Assembly (NCBI GenBank): GCA_043390165.1
Contig: DAWERM010000001.1
Coordinates: 50,777 to 114,776, forward strand
DNA: 64,000 nt
From: Candidatus Azoamicus viridis
Lineage (GTDB): Bacteria; Pseudomonadota; Gammaproteobacteria; UBA6186; Azoamicaceae
Direction of reading: 5' to 3'
The first letter of the stretch is position 1, and each line of letters begins with the position of its first letter. A program made the translations under genes and the position numbers. Of the stretch, positions 49,579-60,320 are shown one piece after another. Below the pieces are notes generated by a model, which made no database searches, was not told the origin of the DNA, and was given only the letters and a program-made list of their open reading frames with translations.

Positions 49579-51327
49579 TTATGAGTATGCTTTAATTATA
49601 TCTGATATTTGTATATTATTAAAATTTTTAACAATCAGACCACATTCGTTTCCTGATTTAATTTCTGGAACATTTGCTTTAAAGACTTTTATAGAATCTA
49701 TTGTGCCTTTATAAAGAAAAATATCCTGCCTAAATACTTTAACTAGAGAATTTTTTTTAATTCTTCCGCTAATAATATTACATCCTGCTATTGTTTTTGT
49801 TTTTTCGTAATTAAATATTTTTTTTACTTCTGCTATTCCTATAATTATTTCTTCTTCGTTTAAAAATGACTTTTTGTGAATTATGTCTTTTATATAATCT
49901 GTTATTTCATAAATTACATTGAAATATTTAACTGTAACATTTTCTGTTTGGGCCATTTTTTTTATAATGGCATCAATTTTTATATTAAATCCGATTATTG
50001 TAGCATTTGTAGCTATGGCTAAGTCTATATCAGATTTGTTTATGTTTCCTGTTTCTGTTTTTATTGTATTTATTTCTATTGTATTAATTGATAAATTGTT
50101 TATAGCGCTTTTAATTACATCTGTAGATCCTTGTACATCAGTTTTTATAATAATATTTATTTTATTTTTTTGCTCCTTTTTCATTTTTATCATTAAGCTT
50201 TCTAAATGATATTCTGTCTTATTTTGTATTTTTTTATCAATTTTTGATTCTGTTATGTATTTTGCTTGTTTTTCATTAAGAACGGTTATAAATTTTTCTT
50301 CTATATTTATAGGTCCTGGAATTCCTGTGATTTCTACAGGCATGGTAGGATATGCCTCATCTATTTCCTTTCCTAAACTATTCGTTATGGACTTTATTTT
50401 TCCCCATTTTGTTCCTGTTAGCCCTATATCTCCTTTTTTTAGGCAACCCTTAATTATAATTACAGTTGTAATATGGCCTTTACCTAAGTCTAATCTGCTA
50501 TCTATTATTATTCCGTCCACTGGACCAGTATAATCTGTTTTTAGATCTAGCATTTCAGTTTGTAAGCTTATAGTTTCCAATAAATTATCAACACCAAATC
50601 CAGTTTTTGCTGAGATGTAAGAAAATAATGTTTCACCGCCCCATGATTCTGGGATTAGATTATGATTTGATAAATCATTTATTATTTTTTCGTTTTTATC
50701 TGTAGATTTATCTACTTTATTTATTGCTACAATTATAGGTACGTTATTATTTTTTGCTAAATTTATAGCCTCAATTGTTTGAGGCATAACTCCGTCATCA
50801 GCTGCTATTACTAATACTACGATATCGGTATGTTGCACTCCTCTTTGCCTTGTTGAATTAAAAGCAAAATGTCCTGGAGTGTCCAAAAATATCATAATCC
50901 CATATTTGGTTTCAATTTCATAAGCATTTATATGTTGCGTTATTCCACCGTGTTCGTGAGGAATGTGTTTTGTATTTTTTATGTAATTCAATAATGTAGT
51001 TTTTCCATGATCTACATGTCCTAATATTGTAATTATTGGTGGTCGTGTTTTTATTATGTTATTAGTGGTATTTGATTTTTGTAAACCTATTTTTTTATCT
51101 CTTTTTTTTAAGGGTATGTTTTTAGATGTTAATATTTTTTGTTTTTCGTATGTTGAAAGGTTTATCGCATGTAGTTTTTCTTTTTCATCGGCTTTGGTGT
51201 CTTTAATATATAGTTTTTTTTCTTTTTTAATGACGTTAATAACAGTATCTTTTCCTGATGATTTTATTTTCATAGAGTAAGTATTTTTTCTTTTTATTGT
51301 TATTTCATTGTTTGTATGTGTTTTCAT
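49579..51327 (-). CDS. infB: Translation initiation factor IF-2 (short N-terminus)
   Basis: RPPIITILGHVDHGKTT, GGITQHI, DTPGH, DDGVMPQT, NKVD, G.ECG. Confidence 0.96.
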   Translation of the reverse strand: MKTHTNNEITIKRKNTYSMKIKSSGKDTVINVIKKEKKLYIKDTKADEKEKLHAINLSTYEKQKILTSKNIPLKKRDKKIGLQKSNTTNNIIKTRPPIITILGHVDHGKTTLLNYIKNTKHIPHEHGGITQHINAYEIETKYGIMIFLDTPGHFAFNSTRQRGVQHTDIVVLVIAADDGVMPQTIEAINLAKNNNVPIIVAINKVDKSTDKNEKIINDLSNHNLIPESWGGETLFSYISAKTGFGVDNLLETISLQTEMLDLKTDYTGPVDGIIIDSRLDLGKGHITTVIIIKGCLKKGDIGLTGTKWGKIKSITNSLGKEIDEAYPTMPVEITGIPGPINIEEKFITVLNEKQAKYITESKIDKKIQNKTEYHLESLMIKMKKEQKNKINIIIKTDVQGSTDVIKSAINNLSINTIEINTIKTETGNINKSDIDLAIATNATIIGFNIKIDAIIKKMAQTENVTVKYFNVIYEITDYIKDIIHKKSFLNEEEIIIGIAEVKKIFNYEKTKTIAGCNIISGRIKKNSLVKVFRQDIFLYKGTIDSIKVFKANVPEIKSGNECGLIVKNFNNIQISDIIKAYS

Positions 51328-51479
51328 TTTTTTGCAGTTTTGTTAGTTATTGTTTTTAAATGATGTATAAAGTATATTTATTTTATTAGTAATAGTAATT
51401 TTTTGTAATTGTATTTTAATGATTTTATTTTTATTAGCTTATCATTTAACTTTTAAAATTTGTAAGTATTGTTTGTAAT

Positions 51480-52763
51480 TTAGGTTTTATTTATTTTGTT
51501 TTTTTCTAATGTTTTTGCTGCAGCAATTTTAATTTGCTTTATTATTTTTTCCTCTATACCCTTTATTTCAGATAATTCTTTTAGTGGCATATAAGCTAGT
51601 TCTTCCAATGAAGAAAATCCATTAGATATAAGTAAGTTTGCTATATGTGAATTTATATTTAAATTTTTTATAAAGAAGCTTTCTAAATAATCTATTTCAG
51701 TTTTAATTTTTTTATTGGCTTCGTCATTACTTATGATGTTAAGTTCCCAATGCGTTAATTTGCTAGCTAGTTTTATATTTATACCGTTTTTGCCTATAGT
51801 TCTTGAGAGGAAATCTTCATGTACGGCTATATTCATAGATCGTGTTTCTTCATCTATTTCTATTGAACTGATTTCTGTAGGTGAAAGGGCATTTATTACA
51901 TATTTTATTGGGTCTGGATCCCAAAGTATTATATCTATTTTTTCTCCATTTAATTCATTGGATATTGCCTGAATTCTTGATCCTCTAATTCCAATACAAG
52001 CTCCTATAGGGTCTAATCTTCCGTCATTTGTTTTTATAGATATTTTAGCTTTTATACCTGGGTCTCTAACTGCTCCTACGATTTCTATTATATTTTCGTT
52101 TATTTCTGGCACTTCTATTTTAAATAATTCTATAATCATTTTATCTGAAGTTCTAGTTAATAATATTTCTGGTCCTGTAGGGTTTTTTGATATTTCTGTA
52201 AAAAAGGCTTTAACTTTATCTCCTAGTTTGAATATATCTTTTGGAAGTTGGTCTTTTTTTTTTAATAAACCTTCAGCATTGTTTCCAAGATCTAATATAA
52301 TTTCGTCTTTATTTATTTTTTTTACTATACCTGAAATGAGCTTTCCTTTTTTTTCGGAAAATTCTTTCATAATTATATTTTTTTCAGCTAGTTTTATTTT
52401 ATTGATGATAACATACTTTGCTATTTGTGCATCTATTCTTCCGAAGTTTATTGATTTTATTTCTTTTTCTATTTTATCGCCTATTTTTATATTAGGATTA
52501 GTTTTTTTAGCGTAGTTTATCGGTATTTCTATAGATGGGTTTACTATATTTTTTAAATTATCTTTTATTACTTCATATACTATGTATGTCTTATATGTTC
52601 CATTATTTTTGTTTATTTTAGTTTTTATATTAAATATTCCGTATTTTTTAGTAGTAGTATAAACTATAGCTTCTTCTATTGCATTGAAAATTATATCTTC
52701 AGATATACCTTTTTCATTAGAAACACTGTTCACTATTAGTTTTAGTTGAATTTTTTTATTCAT
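51480..52763 (-). CDS. nusA: Transcription factor NusA (one acidic repeat only)
   Basis: FGRI.AQ, S1 and KH domains, RDPG..AK, DPIGACIG.RGSR, IGKNG.N..LA. Confidence 0.95.
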   Translation of the reverse strand: MNKKIQLKLIVNSVSNEKGISEDIIFNAIEEAIVYTTTKKYGIFNIKTKINKNNGTYKTYIVYEVIKDNLKNIVNPSIEIPINYAKKTNPNIKIGDKIEKEIKSINFGRIDAQIAKYVIINKIKLAEKNIIMKEFSEKKGKLISGIVKKINKDEIILDLGNNAEGLLKKKDQLPKDIFKLGDKVKAFFTEISKNPTGPEILLTRTSDKMIIELFKIEVPEINENIIEIVGAVRDPGIKAKISIKTNDGRLDPIGACIGIRGSRIQAISNELNGEKIDIILWDPDPIKYVINALSPTEISSIEIDEETRSMNIAVHEDFLSRTIGKNGINIKLASKLTHWELNIISNDEANKKIKTEIDYLESFFIKNLNINSHIANLLISNGFSSLEELAYMPLKELSEIKGIEEKIIKQIKIAAAKTLEKNKINKT

Positions 52764-52873
52764 TTTAATTTCTCTAGTTTTTTATCAATAATGAAAGAAA
52801 ACAATATTATAAATTACTCATCATTTACAACTTTTACTTAAATTAAATAGTGAAGATCAATGGCAGGATTATT

Positions 52874-52947
52874 TAGCGGGGGCAGGATTTGAACCTGCGA
52901 CCTTCGGGTTATGAGCCCGATGAGCTGCCAAACTGCTCTACCCCGCA
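52874..52947 (-). tRNA. Initiator tRNA-fMet(CAU)
   Basis: Reverse complement TGCGGGG...TCGGG-CT-CAT-AA-CCCGA...CCCCGCT-A, with a 1:72 mismatch and three G-C pairs in the anticodon stem. metY position upstream of nusA. Confidence 0.94.
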
Positions 52948-53231
52948 ATTAAAGTAATTCTAATAAAAAAAATAAAAAAATACAAGCATATATAAAAATA
53001 ATTGATTTTAAAATTTATAGTTTAATTAAGATTAATTAATTTTATTTGATATGTTTTTTTTAGTTTTTTAATGATAACATTATGACATAATAACATAAGA
53101 TGATGATTTGGTATATTTTAAAGTTACTTAAGTATCGGAAAAAAAAATATTAGTAAATTAATAATTGATAATTATTAGTTAAGAATTAATTGATATTGTG
53201 TTTTTGTATTTTTAGTTCAGGAAAATAAAAT

Positions 53232-54476
53232 ATGATAGGACATGAAATTATAGGAGTCTTAATTTCTTTAGCTGCTATTGCTAGTTATATTAATTATCGA
53301 TACGTTAAGTTACCTAAATCTATTGGTATTACTTCTATAACGTTATTTTTATCGTTAATAATAGTCATAGGAACTAAGCTTGGTTTAGATTTTAATAGTA
53401 AAAGCTTATTAGAAGGAATACGATTTAACGAAACATTTTTACATGGGATGTTAAGTTTTTTGTTATTTGCTGGATCTTTACATATTAATGTTATAGAGTT
53501 ATCAAGATATAAAACTTTAATTACATTGCTTGCTACTGTTAGTGTTCTGTTTTCTACTTTTTTTACAGGGTACACTATTTATAGTTTGACGCAATTTTTG
53601 TGTATAAATTTACCATTTTATTATTGTTTTGTTTTTGGAGCATTAATTTCACCAACAGATCCTATAGCTGTTTTAGGAGTTTTAAAAACAGTTAGAGCTC
53701 CAAAGTCTTTGGAATTAAAAATAGCAGGTGAGGCGCTATTTAATGATGGTATGGGAATAGTTTTATTTTTTGTTGCGTTAGCTTTAGCTTCTGGTGAGCA
53801 AAAATCTTTATCTTTAGAAACAGTTTTCGTATATTTTGTTAGGCAAGGTATAGGCGGTTTGTTGCTTGGAGTGTTTGTTGGAATTATCTCTTCTAAATTA
53901 TTAAGAAATATAAATGATGCTGAAGTTGCTATAATAATTACATTAGCTGTTGTTTCCGGAGGATATTCCTTAGCTCATTCTGTTGTTGATGTTTCTGGAC
54001 CTATATGCATGGTTACAGCTGGTTTAGTTATAGGAAATTCTATAAAGCAAAGCAATATGACGGAGGAAACTTTACAGAGATTAACTGCTTTTTGGGAATT
54101 GCTTGATGAAGTTTTAAATGCTGTATTGTTTGTTTTGATAGGATTAGAGTTTATAGGTATACAATTTAATTTGTATACTACAATTGCTGGTTTTGGAGCT
54201 ATATTTGCAACTATAATTGCTAGATGGATTAGTATTTTTATACCGGTTGTTTGTTTATCTCGTTTTAAAACACTTAATTTAGATTTGTTATATGTTTTAA
54301 CATGGGGTGGGTTAAGAGGCGGAATATCTATAGCATTAGCTTTAAGCGTTGAAGGTAAGTATCATGATTTTATTGTAGCTATTACATATGCTGTTGTAAT
54401 ATTTTCTATGATGGTACAAGGAGTTACTATAGCTTCTTTGGTAAAGAGATTTATGCGTAGGAAAAATTACAGGTAG
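53232..54476 (+). CDS. CPA1 (NhaP-type) Na+/H+ antiporter
   Basis: LSFLLFAG.LH, FGALISPTDPIAV, GEALFNDG, WGGLRGGIS.ALAL. Confidence 0.92.
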   Translation: MIGHEIIGVLISLAAIASYINYRYVKLPKSIGITSITLFLSLIIVIGTKLGLDFNSKSLLEGIRFNETFLHGMLSFLLFAGSLHINVIELSRYKTLITLLATVSVLFSTFFTGYTIYSLTQFLCINLPFYYCFVFGALISPTDPIAVLGVLKTVRAPKSLELKIAGEALFNDGMGIVLFFVALALASGEQKSLSLETVFVYFVRQGIGGLLLGVFVGIISSKLLRNINDAEVAIIITLAVVSGGYSLAHSVVDVSGPICMVTAGLVIGNSIKQSNMTEETLQRLTAFWELLDEVLNAVLFVLIGLEFIGIQFNLYTTIAGFGAIFATIIARWISIFIPVVCLSRFKTLNLDLLYVLTWGGLRGGISIALALSVEGKYHDFIVAITYAVVIFSMMVQGVTIASLVKRFMRRKNYR

Positions 54477-54600
54477 TCTTAGATTATTTGTATGTTATTT
54501 AAAATTAATAATTTATTTATGTATCTATTTAAAATTAAATGATAATATATGTCATTTTTAAATTTTATTGTTGTTGGTTTATTTCAAATTAGTTAATTTT

Positions 54601-55986
54601 ATGTCTAAAACATTTAAAAAAATCGGTGTTATTCAATTGTCGTTATTGTCTATTTCAGCGATAATAAGTTTGAGAAGTTTACCAATGTTTGCTGAAGTTG
54701 GTTTTTCTATAATCTTTTTTCTGGGCATAGCATCGATTTGTTTTTTCATGCCGGTTGGTATGGCAATTGCAGAATTAAGTACAACATGGCCAACTAATGG
54801 TGGTTGTTATTCATGGATAAAGAATGCATATGGAAGGTCTTGGGCATTGTTTGTATTGTGGGCTTATTGGATGGAAAGTATAATATGGTTTCCTACAGTA
54901 TTGATATTTATTGTAGCTATGCTAGCACATGTATTGTCTCCGGTTTATCAAAACTTAGATAGTAATAATTTATTTTTAATTTCTGGCATAGTAATTGTCT
55001 TTTGGTTACTAACTTTTATCAATTTTTATGGAATAAGATTTTCAGCTATGATTAGTTCTGTTGGTGTTTTTGTAGGAACAGTTATTCCATTAATTTTGAT
55101 TATTTTTTTTGGTATTTTTTGGTTATTTTCTGGAGAATCTTTAAGTATTGATTTTAATTTAAAAAGTTTATTTCCAGAGTTTAGTATTAGCAATATGGTA
55201 TTTTTTTCTGGAGTTTTGTTAGGAATATCAGGTATTGAAGTTGTTTCTTTTCATATAAATGATATGGATAAGCCAGAGGTTAATTTTGTAAAAGTTTTAT
55301 TAATTTCTTCTGTTTTTATATTGATTGTTTATGTTTTAGGATCTTTATCTATAGCGATAGTTGTTCAAAAGTCTGAAATATGTTTAGCATCAGGTATTAT
55401 CCAAGCGTTAAAAGTATTTTTTTTAAAGATTAATATACCGCTCATAATTCCATTTTTAGCTTTATTGTTGTTGGTAGGTTCTTTGTCAGGCATGAATACC
55501 TGGATTATAGCTCCAGCAAGAGGTTTATTAGTAGCAGCAGAAGATGGCATGTTGCCTCATTTTATGAGATATGTAAATAAAAATGACGTACCTGTGGTAT
55601 TACTTATAATTCAAGCAGTTGTAGGAAGTGCTTTATCTGTATTTTTTTTTATTTATATAAATAGTGTTAATGGTTTAATATGGGTTTTTGTTTGTTTATC
55701 ATTTCAATTTGCTTCATTTTTATATATTATGATATTTTTTACAGTTATAAAACTTAGAAAGAAATATCCTGACATTTACAGGCCATATAGAGTTCCATTT
55801 TTAAAATTTATAGCTACTTTAGGTATAGCTTCATGTACTTTTGCATTTTTTATTTCTTATGTACAGCCATCACATATTGATGTTTCTGAAAAAAGTTTTT
55901 ATTTTTTACTATTATTATTGATATTTACTTCATTAATGATTCCATCATTAATTTTTATATTTTTTGATAAAATTAAAAAACGATAA
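54601..55986 (+). CDS. APC-family amino acid permease (GadC-like)
   Basis: About 12 TMs, SLRSLP, AELST.WP..GG.Y.W, GIE, NTWI.AP.RGL, YRPYRVP. ATG at 54601. Confidence 0.85.
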   Translation: MSKTFKKIGVIQLSLLSISAIISLRSLPMFAEVGFSIIFFLGIASICFFMPVGMAIAELSTTWPTNGGCYSWIKNAYGRSWALFVLWAYWMESIIWFPTVLIFIVAMLAHVLSPVYQNLDSNNLFLISGIVIVFWLLTFINFYGIRFSAMISSVGVFVGTVIPLILIIFFGIFWLFSGESLSIDFNLKSLFPEFSISNMVFFSGVLLGISGIEVVSFHINDMDKPEVNFVKVLLISSVFILIVYVLGSLSIAIVVQKSEICLASGIIQALKVFFLKINIPLIIPFLALLLLVGSLSGMNTWIIAPARGLLVAAEDGMLPHFMRYVNKNDVPVVLLIIQAVVGSALSVFFFIYINSVNGLIWVFVCLSFQFASFLYIMIFFTVIKLRKKYPDIYRPYRVPFLKFIATLGIASCTFAFFISYVQPSHIDVSEKSFYFLLLLLIFTSLMIPSLIFIFFDKIKKR

Positions 55987-55994
55987 TGATGTTT

Positions 55995-58724
55995 TTACGT
56001 TGGGTCTGTGTATTTTTTTAATTCTTCTATAAATTTTTTTAATTTTAATTTTTTTTCAAGAATAATTGTATTGTTTGCTTTTTGTAAAAAAAATTTATTA
56101 TTTAATGTAGATTTTATGTTTTCAATATTTTGTTCTATTTTGTTTTGTTTAATAATATTAGTATTGGATAATGTATTTTTTTTTACGGTTCTTTTGAACG
56201 TAATGATTTTTATTTCATTAATTGTATTTACAATTGTATTTTCTATTTGTTTATTTTCCACTTTAATATTTATATATTTAAAATTAAACAACTTTAAAAG
56301 CAATGGTTTTATGTTTTCCAAATAATTTATATTAGTTTTATTTATATTTTCTATTAGTATATTATTGCTTAAATCTTTATTTATATTATCTTTTTTAATT
56401 TTTCTTATTATTGTTGACATATTTTTAAGAAATATTATTATTTTTTCACTTGTTTTGTTTATAAGTGATTTATTTAATGATGGAAATTTTTCTACCATTA
56501 TAGAGTTAAAATTGTTATTTTTTTTTATGTTTATGGTTTGCCAAATTTCTTCTGTTATATATGGCATTATAGGATGTAATGTTTTTAAAATTTCTCTGAA
56601 AATATTATTTAATGTTTTTTTTGTCTGATTTTTATAGAATTTATTTTTTAATAAAACTTTAGTGAATTCTATATACCAGTTGCAATATTCATCCCATACA
56701 AATTTGTATAAAGTTTCACTGAGTAAAATGAAATTTTTACGTTTTATATTTATTAGTATTGTTTCTTTAGTTCTTTCCCAATTTGATGTTATCCATTTAT
56801 CAAATATTGATAGTTTATTTTTAGTTTTATATTTTTTATAATTATCATTATTTAGTTTTAAATAAATTCCAGCATTCCATAGTTTATTGCAAAAATTTTT
56901 GTAGCTTTTTATTTTTTTAAAATCTAATTTTATTGATATATTATCAGTTGCTATAGAGCAAAATGTAAATCTTAATGCATCCGCACCATATGATTCTATG
57001 CCTTGTGGAAATTGGTTTTTTGTAGAGTCTATTATTTGTTTTTTAATTTGAGGCTGCATTAAATTTAAGGTTCTTTTGTTTATTAAGTCTTCATAGTTGA
57101 TTCCATTTATTATATCTAGTGGGTCTAATACATTTCCTTTAGTTTTTGACATTTTATTACCTTGATTATCTCTTATTAATCCATGTATATATATTTCTTT
57201 AAATGGAATTTGATTTGTAAATTTAATTCCAAACATTATCATTCTAATGGCCCAAAAAAATATAATATCAAATCCTGTTATTAAAATATCTGTTGGATAA
57301 AAATTACTTAGTTCTTTCGTTTTATATGGCCATCCAAGGCTTGCGAATGGCCATAAAGCTGATGAGAACCATGTATCTAAAATATCTTTATCTTGGTTAA
57401 GTTTTAATGTATTTTTTAATTTGTATTTTTTTCGTATTGATATTTCATTTTCTCCTGTGTACATATTGTTGTTTAAATCATACCATATTGGTATTTTATG
57501 CCCCCACCATATTTGTCTGCTTATGCACCAATCTTTTATGTTATCAATCCATGTTAAGAATACTTTTTTCCATTTATACGGATATATTTTTATTTTTTTT
57601 TTTTCTATTGCTTCTTTTACAGGAATTATTAATGGCTTTACTTTAACATACCATTGTTCTGTTACTAATGGTTCTATTATGCTATTACTTCTGTCTCCTC
57701 TTGGTATATTACATTCATAATCTTCCATTTTTTCTATCAAATTTAATTTTTGTAAATCTTCTACTACTAGTTTTCTTGCTTCGGTTACCGTTAAATTGTT
57801 GTATTTTTGTGGAGAATTGTTATTTAATTTTGCATCGTGTGTTAAAATATTTATTATTTTTAAGTTATGTTTTTTCCCAATTTCAAAATCTTTATAGTCA
57901 TGTGCAGGCGTTATTTTAACACAGCCAGTTCCAAAATTTATATTTATATCATCGTCTTCTATTATTGGTATATTTTTGTTAACTATGGGAATTACTACTG
58001 TTTTATTTGTTAAGTTTTTGTACCTGTTATCTTTTGGATTGATAGCGATACAAACGTCTCCAAAAATTGTTTCAGGTCGTGTTGTAGCTATTGTTAAATA
58101 TTCTGATATATTATTAGAAAATTTATATTTTATGTAGTATAACGGAACTGTCTCTTTTTTATAGATAGTTTCTAGGTCTGATATTGCTGTTTTTAATGTT
58201 GGATCCCAATTTACAATTTTGTTACTTTTATATATTAGCTTTTCTTCGTATAATTTTATAAAAGCAGTTGTTACAGCTTTTGAGAAGTTTTTGTCTAGTG
58301 TAAATCGTTGTGATTTCCAATTTAATGAACATCCTAAAGTTTTAAGTTGATTATTTATATTTTCTATGGAATGTTTTTTCCAGTTATCAGCATATTTGTA
58401 AAGTGCTTTTATATCAATATTTTCTTTTTTTACGGTTGTTATTTTTAAGTTTTGTTCTATTAGCATTTGAGTTGCTATTCCAGCATGATCTGTGCCCATT
58501 TTCCATAATGTGGAGTATTCAGTCATTCTTTTATATCTTATTAAAATATCCATTAATGTGCATTGGAATGCATGGCCCATGTGTAAATTTCCTGTTATAT
58601 TTGGAGGTGGTATTGTTATACAATATTTTTTTTTAAATTTATAGTTGGGAGAAAAATATTTTTTATTTTCCCAGTGTGAGTATAATATGGATTTTTTGCT
58701 TTCAGGATTATATTTTTCGAACAT
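55995..58724 (-). CDS. valS: Valine--tRNA ligase
   Basis: PPPNITG.LHMGHA, TTRPET, DWCISRQ.WWGH, DTWFSS, KMSKTKGN, GADALR. Confidence 0.97.
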   Translation of the reverse strand: MFEKYNPESKKSILYSHWENKKYFSPNYKFKKKYCITIPPPNITGNLHMGHAFQCTLMDILIRYKRMTEYSTLWKMGTDHAGIATQMLIEQNLKITTVKKENIDIKALYKYADNWKKHSIENINNQLKTLGCSLNWKSQRFTLDKNFSKAVTTAFIKLYEEKLIYKSNKIVNWDPTLKTAISDLETIYKKETVPLYYIKYKFSNNISEYLTIATTRPETIFGDVCIAINPKDNRYKNLTNKTVVIPIVNKNIPIIEDDDININFGTGCVKITPAHDYKDFEIGKKHNLKIINILTHDAKLNNNSPQKYNNLTVTEARKLVVEDLQKLNLIEKMEDYECNIPRGDRSNSIIEPLVTEQWYVKVKPLIIPVKEAIEKKKIKIYPYKWKKVFLTWIDNIKDWCISRQIWWGHKIPIWYDLNNNMYTGENEISIRKKYKLKNTLKLNQDKDILDTWFSSALWPFASLGWPYKTKELSNFYPTDILITGFDIIFFWAIRMIMFGIKFTNQIPFKEIYIHGLIRDNQGNKMSKTKGNVLDPLDIINGINYEDLINKRTLNLMQPQIKKQIIDSTKNQFPQGIESYGADALRFTFCSIATDNISIKLDFKKIKSYKNFCNKLWNAGIYLKLNNDNYKKYKTKNKLSIFDKWITSNWERTKETILINIKRKNFILLSETLYKFVWDEYCNWYIEFTKVLLKNKFYKNQTKKTLNNIFREILKTLHPIMPYITEEIWQTINIKKNNNFNSIMVEKFPSLNKSLINKTSEKIIIFLKNMSTIIRKIKKDNINKDLSNNILIENINKTNINYLENIKPLLLKLFNFKYINIKVENKQIENTIVNTINEIKIITFKRTVKKNTLSNTNIIKQNKIEQNIENIKSTLNNKFFLQKANNTIILEKKLKLKKFIEELKKYTDPT

Positions 58725-59346
58725 ATATATTATTTAGATTTTTTTACGTATTTTAATATTAGCATATTTGTTCATAGTTTTGTGTAAGAAAGATTAACTT
58801 AATAACTACATTTTATTCATGTTATTACAAGTGCTTTTGTATTAAAATTTTTTTAAATGTATTGCATAATTTTTTGTTAATATTATAAATTTAATTTATA
58901 ATATTTTTGTATTAAGTATAAAGTTTTTATTTTTTTAATAAAGTTATGATATACATAAAATGTTTGTGTATTATTTGGAATAGTTGTAGTTATGTTTTTT
59001 GCAAAGTTTTAGTTTTATTTATAAGTAGATTTTTGGTTTTAGTAAATGAAATTTGCTAATTATTTTTCTATTTATTGTCTAAGTAATATGTTTTTTTGTG
59101 TAGGTAATAATTTTATGTTATATCATAGTGGTGTTTCGTTTATATAAATTTACTTTTAAGTTGTATTTAGGATTGTACTATTAGATTTTATTTAAAGGTG
59201 GTAATTGCATTTTATTTTTTTAGAAGTTTACAGAAGTTGTTATAGGGTTTTGCATATTAAAATAGTTGTGAATTTATTTTAGATTTAATATTTTTATTCT
59301 ATATAATTAGGTAATTAATATTTTTTTTTGTTATAATAATAACCAA

Positions 59347-59375
59347 TTGACAGATAAGTTATATTATTATAACAT
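59347..59375 (+). promoter_or_regulatory. Putative sigma70 promoter of the str operon
   Basis: TTGACA (59347-52), 17-nt spacer, TAACAT (59370-75); about 50 nt upstream of rpsL. Confidence 0.6.
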
Positions 59376-59423
59376 CTAGTTTTTAAGATTTAGTACTATT
59401 TTGTAAGGATTGTTGAACGTTGT

Positions 59424-59801
59424 ATGTCCACTATAAATCAATTAGTTAGAAAAGGTAGAGTTAAAGTTAAATATAGAAGCAAAGTTCCAGCTTTAAAAGG
59501 CAATCCTCAGACAAGAGGAGTGTGTTTAAAGGTTTATACTACTAAACCAAAGAAGCCTAACTCTGCTTTGAGAAAGGTTTGTAGAGTAAAATTGGCAACT
59601 GGATATGAGGTTACTGCTTATATACAAGGTGTTGGGCATTCTTTGCAGGAACATTCAATTGTTCTCGTTCGAGGTGGTAGGGTTAAAGATTTACCAGGTG
59701 TTCGTTATAAAGTAGTTAGAGGAGCTTTAGATTCAACAGGTGTTGAAGGTCGCAAGAGATCTCGCTCTAAGTATGGTACAAAAAAAATTATTAATAAATA
59801 G
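59424..59801 (+). CDS. rpsL: 30S ribosomal protein S12
   Basis: [31 protein letters not shown]. Confidence 0.98.
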   Translation: MSTINQLVRKGRVKVKYRSKVPALKGNPQTRGVCLKVYTTKPKKPNSALRKVCRVKLATGYEVTAYIQGVGHSLQEHSIVLVRGGRVKDLPGVRYKVVRGALDSTGVEGRKRSRSKYGTKKIINK

Positions 59802-59816
59802 TGATAGGAATACAAA

Positions 59817-60314
59817 ATGCCAAGAAAGAAGAAAGTTTCTAAGATTATGATAAAACCTGATCTTATTTTTAATAGTTTGTTATTGTCTAAGTTTGTTAAT
59901 TATATAATGGTTTGTGGTAAGAAGTCTTTAGCAGAAAATATAGTGTATAAGGCTTTAGAAATTGTAAAAGATAAAACTAAAGTAGATCCGATTGTTGTTT
60001 TTGAAAAAGCGTTGGAACATATAAAGCCTATAGTAGAAGTTAGATCTAGAAGAGTAGGTGGAGCAACTTATCAAGTTCCTGTTGAAGTTAAACCTAAAAG
60101 AGCTATAACATTAGCTATGAGATGGTTGGTTGGGTCGTCTCGTATTAGAAATGAAAAAAATATGATTTTAAAGTTAGCTTTTGAGATTATTGAGGCAGCT
60201 GATGATAATCATTCTATTGGCAATAGCATTGGTAAGGGTGGAGCTGTTAAAAAAAGGGAGGATACTCATCGTATGGCTGAGGCTAATAGAGCTTTTGCAC
60301 ATTATAGATGGTAG
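59817..60314 (+). CDS. rpsG: 30S ribosomal protein S7
   Basis: [32 protein letters not shown]. Confidence 0.98.
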   Translation: MPRKKKVSKIMIKPDLIFNSLLLSKFVNYIMVCGKKSLAENIVYKALEIVKDKTKVDPIVVFEKALEHIKPIVEVRSRRVGGATYQVPVEVKPKRAITLAMRWLVGSSRIRNEKNMILKLAFEIIEAADDNHSIGNSIGKGGAVKKREDTHRMAEANRAFAHYRW

Positions 60315-60320
60315 TATTTT

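Noticed and set aside
49514-49714. 66-aa ORF
   Set aside because: It is a translation of tRNA-Arg plus the antisense end of infB.
58946-59059. 37-codon Cys-rich hydrophobic ORF (MIYIKCLC...)
   Set aside because: No RBS or motif; composition is what a T/G-rich spacer produces by chance.
58725-59423. Candidate replication origin
   Set aside because: No convincing DnaA boxes (TTATCCACA), and the G+T skew looks the same on both sides.
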